A stretch of 44,396 bases of DNA from Octopus bimaculoides (taxonomy: Eukaryota). The position numbers and the translations under genes are program-made. Position 1 is the first letter of the stretch. Every line of letters starts with the position of its first letter. Positions 11,290-23,675 of the stretch are shown piece after piece. A model generated the notes under the pieces. It made no database searches. It was not told the DNA's origin and saw only the letters and a list, made by a program, of their open reading frames with translations. The DNA lies in contig NC_068982.1 of assembly GCF_001194135.2 (NCBI RefSeq), positions 9,142,082-9,186,477 on the forward strand, in the 5' to 3' direction.

Positions 11290-11450
11290 ATCGAGATTTA
11301 CAGAGAATTCAAATTCCGCCGAGGTCGACTTTGCCTTTCATCTTTTCGGGGTCGATAAATTAAGTACCAGTTGCGTAGTAGGGTCGATCTTATCGATTGC
11401 CTCCCTCCTTCAAAATTTCGGGCCTTGTGCCTAGAGTAGAAAAGAATATC
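11290..11450 (+). mobile_element. SINE family A, 5'-truncated
   Basis: Core CCGAGGTCGACTTTGCCTTTCATC...GGGGTCGATAAATTAAGTACCAG plus the 3' end. Confidence 0.85.
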
Positions 11451-14400
11451 GAAATTTACATCTCTCCGGTGTTTTCCGTCCTGAGAAACAATGCAATTAT
11501 ATTTGCTATGAAAAATATCTAATATATCGCAGGATGAAACTATGTTATATCCACAGCTACAAATATCCTAATTATTTTTAGTATGTCTACTGACAAGAAA
11601 ATCCAGAATCAACAATTTTCATATTGCAATTATTTCCTCGGATTTGGCGTAGGCGACCGATTTATTTTATCTATAATTATTGTGTAAATTGAATAAATCT
11701 TTTCCTGATTTACATAGAGATGATAGCATTGTAGTCATTTTCTGATTTAGAAAGGTTAACAAAATACTTTCAGCTTATTAATACATTTTGAGCATAATAT
11801 TAAAATTGCAAATTTTCTAGATCGACGCTCATCCCTAAGTCAAGATTATCACCTCTTCTGTAAACTGGATTAATGGTAGTAGGACACCCCAAAATTTTCT
11901 AGTCACAGGTTGTCCTTTATAAATTAGTTTATTGAATAATATTTCGATTAGCCGACTCACCCAAAATTTCTGGCCTCAAAAGTAGAAAGAAATCTTAATC
12001 GCATTTTAAATAATACTCAACATTATGACAACCAGTTTGCGAGATAAAATAAAAGCAGGTCAAATACTACGTCTCGAATCACAAGTTTATAACTTGCCGG
12101 TCGATCATCAGTGATAGACATCTATTTTCAAAACTGTCAGTGACCCTCTTATTCTGTCTCAAATTGATGCTTATAACGTCTAATGTAGTTTATATTACAA
12201 TCATAATAGTCGATTCTTTATTAAATTGTAGCTTTTGAACGCCCATAAATAAACGTTATCACTCGTAACATGCAATGCAGAAATAGACTCCCGAAATTTA
12301 TCTCCAATGTATAGTGATTATTGCACATTATAATATTTTCAGTATTTTTTCCAATACACTCAAAATCGACATTTGCCTCATCATTACGAATTCTATAAAA
12401 TGATAACCTGCCAATTACTAATGCAGATATAATCGACAATATCTCTTTTAAAATGTGTCAGCGTGCTACTGTTAGAAATCAATATTCGTCCTCATATTCG
12501 AAATAATGTATTGTTTTGTCAATAACGAGGTGGAAAAAAGGCATTAACTTTTACTTTCACATGGTATTTGGTAAAACAATATTTTTCCTCAAAGATAAAT
12601 ATGTTTTTTATTATGTTCAACTAACTCTTAACGAACTATTTTTCTTCATTATAGTTTATGTTGACCAAGAAAAAGTATTTTATGAGAGTGGAGTAAGATA
12701 TATTACAATGATCCAATTTATAAAATACATTTCGAACGTAAACTTCAACGAAATACATCCAAGTAAAAATCGAAACTACATTGTGGGACTCTTCCGCCTA
12801 GAACACGTACTTCATGGCTACCAGTTAACTAAACTGATATTACTACTTCGAATTTTATGCAAATAAGATAATCTGATAATCATGTTACGCTCACTTGTAT
12901 GTGTGTTATTTAAATTATAATCAGCTAAATTTAATTTGTGTACTTTCGGTCACTGTTTTCAAAATAGTTTATCGGTCAACCGGCAAGAGTTCTTGAAGAA
13001 GAATACAGCTGCGAGGAACGAGCAAATAGAAATGGGTATTTGCCATTCTGATGAAAAGAATGTCTGCGACACTCGCTCTATGGAACCATTTAGTGGAAGG
13101 ATTTATGAAGAAAAGCCTACACATACGAACTCAAAAATTTATGTATCTTGTCTTGAGAAACCAAATCCGCTCGTTATAGAAATAATCGAAACCCCTAAAC
13201 TTTCCACGCGGTCAATCTGTATAACTTCAACATTTGTTCTACCACAATCGCATACAAAACAGAATTAATCAATTACCGAGTATTGTACACCGTATGTACA
13301 TTGATGAAACGATTGTCTTTTAAAAGTCACAACGCATAAAATGTACCAAAATATCTTTTGTGGTATAAGTTTAGAAGTTTTATTTGCTGACCTGTATTTT
13401 GCCGATTTGAAATGTTACGATGATCGAGAAACTTTCTTTAAGATATATGCAACTTTAGTATGCAGTCATGTTTATAATCAAGTTTTTCAACAGGAATTGA
13501 AAACTCTTTGTCATTTGCACACGGTTCGAAGTGCTTTTACTCCTTTTAAATTTCAATTATTCAAATATACACAACTAAATACAAGTCTTGCATCCGTTCT
13601 CGACTGGACGACTGAATTTTATAAATGGAGAAATTCCAAAAGTGAAGTGGATACGGTTTCAGAAAATATCAATCGGTTGATTGTTCTATTTGAAGACTTG
13701 ATTTCTTCAGAGGGCTCAGAACCCTAAAATTTGTACTTTATTTTTAATCGTGAACTTAAAGGGGTTTTAATAAAAGGGTTCAGAGTGCCTTCGTAGAAAT
13801 AAATTGCCTTTCTTTAGTCACTGTAATGACTCACTTTTGTAAATATTCATTTGTAACAAATAAAATATCTGAGAATATTTTATAAAAATCTTAAATATTG
13901 ATTTGTTTCCCCCCCCCTTTTTTTAACACTCCGACAGAATACTTCGGAAAATGTCTTTTTTTTTCAAAGATAATGCTTCCATTTTCACATCTTAGCAATC
14001 TGTTTGTTCTTAATAAATGCAGGACTAATTGGCATTAAAACCATTGTAGCTATAACCATTGTAAATATACGTAGATGAATGGTGACCAGTGATCAAATCT
14101 CGCTGTTTATAGTTTTACTTTCGGCAACGTATAGGTTATATTATTACCATAAATGAACGTGCTGCTGTGACTTCATTGTTTGCCCATTATATCAACGTAA
14201 CTCGTATTGACAATGCATATATACAACCAACAAGGTGAGTTGTCCTGTCCACTGATATTTAACATTCCATCTAAATGGCTATCACATGTTGTTACTACGT
14301 TTGTTTTTATATATTCTTTTGTACCGAGCACTTTTCACCTAGTTCTCTCTGTAGCACCTTCTATGAAGTAATGCTTAATAACGAATTTTTATCCAATTAC

Positions 14401-15149
14401 AGATAAATTTCCCATATGCAAGTTGAATATCATTTGCCGAATGTAGGAATTGACATTTTTAAAGACACTGCTTTTTCTTACTGTTCGTATTAAAATGCGA
14501 ACTCCATAACAATGCCATTCATTTTCCAACAATAACAATCGCGAAAATTAGAATCTTATAACATCGCAGTTTGTGATAAATGGTTACATTGAATATACTC
14601 TTCCCCTCCCTGATTTTTCTTTAAACATTTAGATCTCAGTTGGTGATGAAAAGAGTGTGTGTAATCACTCATTAACTTATATTCGAGTATATGGCACACT
14701 TGAATCCCTGCTGAGAAACCTACACCTTCGTAAAAGCAGTAAGAACTTTCAATTCATTTCGTTTACATGAGTTTTACAAAAAGCAATTTCGAAATTCCTT
14801 CATAAATTGAAATACATGGCACATTACATATTGATATTGTTTAAGTATAAACTTGCATGATATGGTTCAAATTTCTCATTAATATCACTTTGCCGATTAC
14901 TAAAATTGCAATGATTTTTTTTTAAGGTAATCACCTTGTAAATTTTCTCTTGTTTTCCTTTTCTTAAAGTATGATTTAAATTTCTGTATTTTTCTATCTT
15001 TCATATAATAGAGAAAATGCATTTTTACATTATATATTTAAAAACCTACGTGTCAATTCACCTCATATATCTTTTTTATTAGCCTTCTTAAAGTTTCTCT
15101 GTGCTCGGCATGTTAGTGGAATATCAGAGACAAGTGATAGGAAGAGTTC

Positions 15150-15610
15150 AAATAATATCTTGAAGACCTATTCACGAGCGATAAGACAGAAGTCTGAAAT
15201 GAATGCTATGATTGCAAGATCAGACGCAGTAGTTCGATCCTTAGAAACGGAGGGGGCATTGAAGAAAAGAAATCGCCATCTTCAATTCGGTGTTCGTACC
15301 TATCCTCAACTATGATCATGAATATTGGACAATGACAGAGAAAGTAGGATCATGAATACTAGCGACCGAAATGAGATTCCTTCGAAGGCTCTCTGGAGTC
15401 CTGTTACTCGACAGGGTCCCTGGCTCGGAAACTTGGGAGCTTCCATTTCTCTGTATTGATAGGTTTCAACTTCGGTACTACGGACATATTAAAACCTTAT
15501 AGGAAAGAATCACGAAATGGATTCTTCGAGCCGAATCAACCAGCAGGTGTAGACCAAAATGGTTGGGTAATGTTCTCTCAGTTGGTCATGTTTGGGTATC
15601 CAGCCAGAAA
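15150..15610 (+). pseudogene. RTE-clade LINE ORF2 3' fragment, degraded
   Basis: Frameshifted translation: EMNAMIARSDAVVRSL...IAIFNSVFVPILNYDHEYWTMTEKV...TEMRFLRRLSGV..LDRV...QLRYYGHI, a typical RTE C-terminal pattern. Confidence 0.85.
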
Positions 15611-15676
15611 GGACCCTATTCAGGAGGGGCCTGATGACTATAATCCTACGTCCATTCCGGTCATAATGGTGCGAAA

Positions 15677-15678
<2 letters not shown>

Positions 15679-15721
<43 letters not shown>
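15679..15721. repeat. poly(T) tract
   Basis: About 42 consecutive T. Confidence 0.95.
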
Positions 15722-15722
<1 letters not shown>

Positions 15723-16480
15723 TGCTTTTACTGCTGTCATTGTTGGTTAACCACGCAGAAGCACAACCTAAATGGTTGTAGTTAACAATATCAATTCTGG
15801 TAGCTTAAATTTGGTATTGATTTATTTATTGAATATCTTACATTTTACATGCACACCAGTTAACTGAAGATTACGATTCTGCTGACCGGTGCAATTAAAC
15901 AGTACACTAGGTATTTGGGGAAATTTTACAATACCGCTGTTTCTGCGTCACATGCGTATAGCCCGATACACAATATGCTACTTAAGCTTGTAAATGTTTC
16001 ATCTGCTGATGGCCGGCAGAGCGTACAATTTTCCTGACTCGTTTCATAAATTGTTTTGTTTCTTTATACAGTTTTCATCTTTACCAGAATTATTTAAACT
16101 CTGTTTGAACAAGGTCCTATAAATCATAAATGTGTAGTTTTCTATATTCATTCCTTTAACAGTAAAATGTGCGTAATATAATCAAAAGCTGGATGCATGC
16201 ATTTTACAACTCGGAGAAATGTATAAATTTGTATTCTACTCAGCAGGTATGGAGTAGATTCTTTATAATTCATGTTAGCTGCCAGGGTCTCGTTCTTTCA
16301 TTACTCGGATACATAAAACACCGGTTTTCTTTTTAACTTAAAAATTAACTACTGAAGAAATTACTGATCACAAGGAATCTCCCAGTTCAATGTATACCTG
16401 AACATATTTTTTGGTAGTCATATTAGTTCTCCAGTTGGAATAAATCCTTTTTGTTATTGCCTAACCATCGTTCATGTCAC

Positions 16481-16484
<4 letters not shown>

Positions 16485-16567
<83 letters not shown>
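16485..16567. repeat. (AT)n microsatellite; others at 4521-4565, 5128-5180, 36547-36575 and 44370-44396
   Basis: Read directly. Confidence 0.95.
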
Positions 16568-16570
<3 letters not shown>

Positions 16571-17551
16571 ATATCTACTGTGTTGCTCTAAAGTCACCTG
16601 ACAGTAAATCAAAACCGTGGAATTCCAAAATTTATTTAACTGAATGAATTTAATCTAAATATGAAACGTGAAAATTGTTCAAATTGAAGTCCTTCTTGAG
16701 CGACACCTTTTTCCTTTCGAGTCCATACAGAATTGCAGATAGTATTGATGGAATTTTGATTTACTTTTGGCCAAACCTGTATATATAGTTTTTAGTGTGC
16801 TGAAATTGAGCTCTTTCGATAAAGTCATTTTTGTACGTAGAGTAAACATTTCCGAGCGTCATTTTGTATTAAACCATTTTCCTTCGTTAATGATTTTATA
16901 TTAAATTTCTCCGCACTTTTGGGTTAACCGTGCAAATAACATTTTTCTGAGGCCAATAAGGGAAAAATGTATTAAAACTACATACCCTAGAGACTAAATA
17001 AAATTTTGTCCTGTAAGGAAACTAATGTCGAGTGTATATTCCAAAATGAAAAATGAATCTAAAAAGTGTCTGGATTTTTCTTTCTCCTCACATACTAAAT
17101 TCAACCGGGAAAAAAGATATCCACAACTCTTCATTGCATCTTTCCCTTAATCATTAAACTGTAATAAACAACACATGAACAAAGTATCTGAGCATCAATT
17201 TGGTTTGGCAGGTTTTTCATTGTAACTCCAATGTAAAAAAAAAAAAAAAAAAAAAAAAATTCTGAGGAATGGTGGTACATACTTTCCGAAAAAAACTTTT
17301 TTTGCACTTTATGACTTTATATCTGAATTTTCATTTCAAATCCGGAACAGCCTTAATGCATTTTATCAGTAGTATGTCGAAATCTATTAGATAGATATAT
17401 TGCCATAGAAAAAGCTAAGATTAGTCTCTTCAATAGCAATTTATAATTCTTTCAATGACTCCCTGTGATTATACATGCTACGACACTACCTTCATATCTA
17501 TCCCCTATATAATGCTAGTTACATCAACAGTATTATTAAAAAATCCTTTAA

Positions 17552-17770
17552 TGCGGCGAGCTGGCAGAATCGTTAGTGCTCCGGGGAAAATGTTTGGCGA
17601 TATTTCGTCCGTTTTCATGTTCATAGTTCAAATTCCGCTGAGGTCCACTTTGCCTTTCATTCTTTCGGAGTTGATAAATTAAGTACTAGTCAAATACTAG
17701 GTTGACGTAATCGACTAGTCCCCTCCCCACAGATTTGAGGCCTTTGTGCCTCCAGTAGAAAAGATTATTA
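17552..17770 (+). mobile_element. SINE family A
   Basis: Full head, core and tail. Confidence 0.85.
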
Positions 17771-17811
17771 TAAAATCTCTTTATTATTAAGATTGTTAAA
17801 AGTGGCAAGCT

Positions 17812-18010
17812 TTCTATTCTACTCTAGGCCCGAAACTGTTGGGGAGGAGGGACAGTCGATTAGATCAACCCCGGAACTTAATTTATCGACCCCGAAATGA
17901 AAGGCAAAGTCGACCTTGGCGGAATTTGAACTCAGAACGTAAAGACAGACGAAATACCGCTAAACACTTAGCCCAGCGTGCTAACCGTTTCTGCCAGTTC
18001 GCTGCCTTAA
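17812..18010 (-). mobile_element. SINE family A
   Basis: Reverse complement of the full element, convergent with the preceding copy. Confidence 0.85.
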
Positions 18011-18011
18011 T

Positions 18012-18210
18012 TAGCAAGCTTTGGGTCGTTAATGTTGTAAAAAGTTGCAGTATTTCTTTCGGCTCTTTACATTTTGAGTTCAGATCTCACCGAAGTTAAC
18101 ATTGCTTTTCACCATTTTCCGGTTCGATAACAATACCAATCAGGTACTGCGGTGAATAGACTCATTCCCCTCAAAATTACTGACGTTGTACCAACATTTG
18201 AAATCATCAT
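18012..18210 (+). mobile_element. SINE family A, highly diverged
   Basis: TTTGAGTTCAGATCTCACCGAAG...TTGCTTTTCACC...GGTTCGATAA is still alignable by eye. Confidence 0.55.
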
Positions 18211-19301
18211 TAAACCTACAAGATGGATTTGCACAATCGTTGAAAATAAGCTCAAGTCCTTTGCACTTTCGTTTTATTTTGCGCGCTCTTTGTGTTTAAT
18301 TTCAAATCTCGCTGAGAGCAACTTAGTCTTTCGCAAATTCCATGTTCAACAAATGAATTATTTTTCAGGCACTGGGTTCATATTTTTGACTTAAGCTCCC
18401 TATCCCGAATAAATAATTATGATTCTGAGCTTAAGAAATTTTTTAAAAAAATTATTTATTTTTAATGTGGATATGTGATTTCCTGTGGTCAAAATAATAT
18501 TGACTAAATCTCCCCCATGGAACCGATAGAATCGAACCCGTGAAACAATCCGACTGTTAAATTGCTTTAACTGAATGGATGTTGATAAACCTGTGGTGGT
18601 GGTGGCGGCGGGGTTATTGCCAGACGTTTCTTAATGTAATTCTAGTAAATATATGGCTAACGATTGAATTTTAAAAAAGAAAGCAAAATATTGTTTTATA
18701 GTTTAAAGAAAATCTTTCTCGCAAAAACGTTGCAAATGACAGCTATGCTATTTGTAAAGTTACTATCGGTCTTGGTTGCTTAAAGTTAGTTCTCGACAGA
18801 TTCTGAAGTTCTCAAAACCTAGAAGTTTCGTGGCTTTATTAAAGTCATATGGTTAAACGTTTTAAATTGTGCATTAAATGTTATTTGAATGAGCTATCGG
18901 TTTCGACTTATTTGAAATATAACAGCTCCAAATGTATAAATATAAATTCTTTCACTAGCAACATTAATATTACTTTTCTGAAATCTGTTTAAACAGCAGC
19001 AGGTATACTGCAGTTTATTTCACACAAATAAAACATTTGAAAAATTGTTACTTGACCAGTTGGTTTGCAAATTATATTCTTGGTTATTGTCTCTTTGATT
19101 CTGTTTTTCTTTGACTTCTTTTCTTTTTGTAAAAATCCATTAAAACCGAGACGTATATTGACATTGAGAATTTTTTAAATTCAACCGGATAGGCCCAAAA
19201 TCGTTAGATTCATTATGTTTCTCAGACACTGGATTGATGCTTTCTTTTCATTTGTTCTATGCCCCGAAATGTATTGTATTGTCCTCCCTTTGTTAGTCCT
19301 A

Positions 19302-19685
19302 TACTCTTTTACTTGTTTCAGTCATTTGACTGTGGCCATGGTGGAGCACCGCCTTTAGTCGAGCAAATCGACCCCAGTACGTATTCTTTGTAAGCCTAGT
19401 ACTTATTTTATCGGTACGTTTGGCCGAACCGCTAAGTTACGGGGACGTAAACACACCAGCATCAGTTGTCAAGCGATGTTGGGANNNNNNNNNNNNNNNN
19501 NNNNNNNNNNNNNNNNNNNNNNNNNNNNNNNNNNNNNNNNNNNNNNNNNNNNNNNNNNNNNNNNNNNNNNNNNNNNNNNNNNNNNNNNNNNNNNNNNNNN
19601 NNNNNNNNNNNNNNNNNNNNNNNNNNNNNNNNNNNNNNNNNNNNNNNNNNNNNNNNNNNNNNNNNNNNNNNNNNNNNNNNNNNNN

Positions 19686-19726
<41 letters not shown>

Positions 19727-19845
19727 CACGACGGGCTTCTTTCAGTTTCCGTCTACCAAATCCACAATTGCCCAAGGTGTCACGCAGTGAGACTGAACCC
19801 GGAACGATGTGGTTGGTAAGCAAGCTACTTAACACACAGCCACTC
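19302..19845 (-). mobile_element. SINE family B spanning an assembly gap
   Basis: Reverse complement of head GAGTGGCTGTGT...AGCTTGCTTACCAACCACAT and of the 3' end; the N-run at 19485-19685 lies in its microsatellite. Confidence 0.85.
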
Positions 19846-20618
19846 TTGGGCCTTTATGGACAAAAAAAAATTAGACACTGGATTGATTTTCTTTTTTTAG
19901 CCACATCATTCTCCTACGCGTGGCAGCGGCAATGAAAAGATTTCTGCTACTAGTGTATGTTCTGTCTTTTAAACCCACATTCAACTGAAAACAGTTTTTA
20001 CCTTTCAAACATGACTAAAACAATGTGTGAATAAGAGACTGGTAACTGTGATGATGGTGTTGTGAATAATTTGAAGACTTCGTAATTCTCATTTCCTTTC
20101 TCCCTTTACTAATGCAATAGATTTGAATATTTCGTTAGTTTGTTTTATGACAGAAAGACCTCATGACTAGTTTATACAAAATGAGATTGAAAGAGCTTCC
20201 AAGGATATTTTCTGCAAGAAAACCCGATAAATTTGTGCTCGTATAGTTTTGTTCATCACACAATTCATTTTGATCAATCGAAACTAAACAATTAGAAAAG
20301 AAAAGTAGGAGGGCGGTTTACAGTTTTTTTAACAACGGGGAGAAAAGGAAACGTAATTCAAATTAGAACTAAAAAGGAAATAAGCGTTGTTAAGTGAGTT
20401 TAATCTTTAAATTACTTGAAAACTATTTGGCGGTTGCATTGTATAGACTCACTAGCAAAATACGTTCGATTGAATTGACTTTAGCTACATTCTTCATGCA
20501 GTGGAATGCAATTTGACAAAAGAAATGCGTATAATTTATTTTCAACTTCACACGAGTCCAAGTAAGTAAAAGCGTAAATCTTTGTTTGATTTAGACAGCT
20601 TTAATATATCATTTATAG

Positions 20619-20919
20619 AGGGTAAGGGTAAAAACCCCCTTCAGTCATGAATGACTTAGAAAGTTACCCTCCGAGGCCAACAAGTCCGGGCAACATGAAT
20701 ACCAGTCTTCCTTCTCCAAGCTACCGATGTAACCCAAGGGAAAGCCAAAGGGACCAACACAGCTTGGCACCAGTGGCATCACAACTCATTTCTACAGCTG
20801 AGTGAACTGGAGCAACGTGAAATAGTGTCTTGCTCAAGAACACAACACAGCCCGATTCGGGAATCGAATCCATAATCTCATGAGTGTGATCCCGCCGCTC
20901 TAACCACTGAACTATGCGC
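20619..20919 (-). mobile_element. tRNA-derived SINE family C
   Basis: Reverse complement: GCATAGTTCAGTGGTTAGAGCG...GGATTCGATTCC...TGTGTTCTTGAGCAAGACAC...GGAGGGTAACTTTCTAAG...CATGACTGAAGGGGG. Confidence 0.8.
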
Positions 20920-21067
20920 CTTCACCATTTGTAGAGAATGAAAATGTAAAGGCGACGTTTTTCGTAGTGGTTTCGACTCGCGACTTAGCAAAATATCGAT
21001 TTCCTTTTTTCTCCATGCCAAATGGTCGCGTTTGCCAACAACCAAATAAAGAAATTATTAAATATAG

Positions 21068-21340
21068 CCACGGGCATATGGCGTAGTGGTTAAGAGCGCG
21101 GGCTACTGACCTCAAGATTCCGAGTTCGATTCCAGGCAGTGACCTGAATAATTATAATAATAATAACATTGAAAAATACCTTGGGAATGAGAACCCAGGT
21201 TCGAAATTTCCCCAAGACACCTGATGAAGGCTGGAGGGTATATCAGTCGAAACCTTGTGTTAACAACAAACAAGATGAAGACAAATATCCGTCAAATGTA
21301 AATAATGTAAATAATTCCTCATCTCTTAAATATAGAACTG
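21068..21340 (+). mobile_element. Family D: tRNA-headed SINE-like element with a hammerhead-ribozyme tail, complete copy
   Basis: A-box TGGCGTAGTGG at 21079, B-box GAGTTCGATTCC at 21122, (AAT)n linker, hammerhead motif at 21216-21261, 3' end TAAATATAGAACT. Confidence 0.85.
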
Positions 21341-21384
21341 TATTATTAAATATCCATTTATCACTGCTTCCTCTGTTCATTTTC

Positions 21385-21830
21385 TTCTTCTTTTGGCAGA
21401 ATTGTTAGCACGGCGGACAAAATGCTTAGCGGCATTTCGTCCGTCATTATGTTTTGAATTCAAATTATCTTGAGGTTTTTATTTTCGTTCTTTCCTTTTG
21501 AGGTCAATAAAATAAGTACTAGACGAACGCTGAGGTTGATATGATCGACTAGCATCTCCCCCAAAATCTCAGGCGTGTGTCTATAGAAGAAAATATTATT
21601 GCTATTATTAACGCAGGGACCCAGAAAAATCGTTACCACACCGGGTAAAATAGTGGCATTTTGTTTGTCTTTAAGTTCTGAGTTCAAATTCCGCCGAGGT
21701 TGACTTTGCCCTTCATCCTTTCAGGTTTGATAAAATAAGTACCAGTTGAGAACTGGCTCGTTGTAATTGACTAGGCCGTTGACACAATTTCAGGCCTTGT
21801 GCCTATAATAGGAAATTATCATTATTTATA
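21385..21830 (+). mobile_element. Two tandem SINE family A copies (~21385-21600 and ~21625-21830)
   Basis: Head, core and tail occur twice. Confidence 0.8.
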
Positions 21831-23089
21831 GGTTGTAGCATACTCAAGACTATTCTTTAACGTAACAAGAAAAAATTATGTACAAAAATGTCTTTCTTAT
21901 CTCGTAAATACCAACAAAAAATACACACATCTCCTAAGCTTTTTGATTGAATAGCACAAAAATAACACAGCACGTTCCTTGTGAATACAAATTTGCGATA
22001 GATCGGAATTCAGCATACAATGAACAGATCTTAATTTACAAGATTAATATGAAAGCAAGTATATACAGATAAGTTCCTCAAAATCTACAAAGTAATTTCC
22101 TGTTTTTTTAGCGCGAATAGGAAAATGCACCTTAGAAATGTAAATCTATATTTTCTCTCAGAACAAAATCAGAGGAATTAGGAGCTGTCAATAATGTACA
22201 AGCCATAATTTCTGGTTGGCTAAATTAACGCACGTTTCACCAGTAAAACTAAAGTGTTCTGGACTTCAATAGTCAAAACATGTACTTGTATGTATGCGTA
22301 ATATACGTGTGTCTGAATGTACACTGTCCATATATATTTTAGACTAGCGATGTCATTTCGGATGTGCAACCAATATGTGGCAATAAAAAGCAATAACTTC
22401 ACCGAAATACGGTAAGTGTCGCTCTCGTGGCCACTTCTGGGGTATTTTTTTTCATGTAGCTTTGAGGTATGTTGTGCTTTTTGACACTATATGTCTTTTG
22501 CCCGGACGAAAACGCATGAATTATGAAGTAAAAATAATGTTTACATTACAGAACTGTTGATTTTGCATAATTTGAATTTAAGTATACACACGTATGTATG
22601 TATGTATGTGAATTTGTGTGTGTGTGTGTGTGTGTATCTGTGTGTGTGTATGTGTGTGTATATATGTTCATACATGTATTTATGTATATACGTATAAGCT
22701 AGGATCAAATGGCACATTCGTTATTCTAACAACACCGCGCCAGTCTAGTCTACATGTATGTTGGTACATGAAAATAATATACATATAAGGGTAGAAAATT
22801 TTGAGAAATGTTTTACCGGTGGCCAGTATGCGGTAATAAAGAGTCAATGGACACTATATTTTTCATATAAAATAGTGTGCGTAGTTATACACAAAAGAGG
22901 TGACAGGACACTTTACATGCTAGAAAGGGCAGTTAAATCCCAAACCAGGAATAAGAGTAATTTCAAAGGAAATGAAAAATAAAAATATTACTATAGTTAC
23001 TCCTTGACTCGAGTTTCTGCATTAATGTGCAAATAAATTAATTTGCCATCCATGCTTCTTCAGTAAGGGCGCTAAGATTAACGCATATT

Positions 23090-23620
23090 TATGCAGCACG
23101 GAAGATAAACGTGCTGCATACTTACACATTCTAATTTTTCAAATCCACCGCGCAAGCGCAGTTACATTTGACGGCAAATAATAATAATAATAAAAAAAAT
23201 TAAAACTGCGTACCAAAGGGCTTCGAAACTACGAAGATTTAATTGTGAAAATAAACTTATCATAGATATATATTTATGTGAAAATAATAAACTTATGATG
23301 CATATATATTACCGAGTTAGAAAGCAGAGATATCTAATGGATAGTAATTAATTAATTACTTAATTAATCAATTAAAACATTCACCTACAGTTGTTCCCTT
23401 TCAATGTGAATATGTTAATCAATTAATAATTAAATTTGTAGCCATTAGATCTCTCTGTTTTATAACTCGATTATGATGTTTGATATTTTACGGTATTTTA
23501 TATAAGATATTCATTGAAGAAATATCTCTTCAAAATATAATATATTAAACCAGTGTATCTTGGATAAAACTATCCCTACAAGTTTTAAGAATCCTCATTG
23601 TGACTAATAATAAAAGGAAA
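23090..23620. repeat. Unclassified hairpin-rich interspersed repeat
   Basis: Hairpin TATGCAGCACG/CGTGCTGCATA; motif CTAATTTTTCAAATC..GCGCAAGCGCAG shared with 32030-32064; imperfect palindrome at 23312-23469. Confidence 0.5.
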
Positions 23621-23636
23621 TATATCTATCTATCTA

Positions 23637-23675
<39 letters not shown>

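Noticed and set aside
18510-18580. tRNA-like remnant on the minus strand (GGGTTCGATTC)
   Set aside because: Only a B-box-like motif is present; no cloverleaf can be built.
21068-21145. Functional tRNA gene (also the heads of other SINEs)
   Set aside because: A/B boxes are present, but there is no good acceptor stem and the head is fused to a repeated tail; it is a SINE head.
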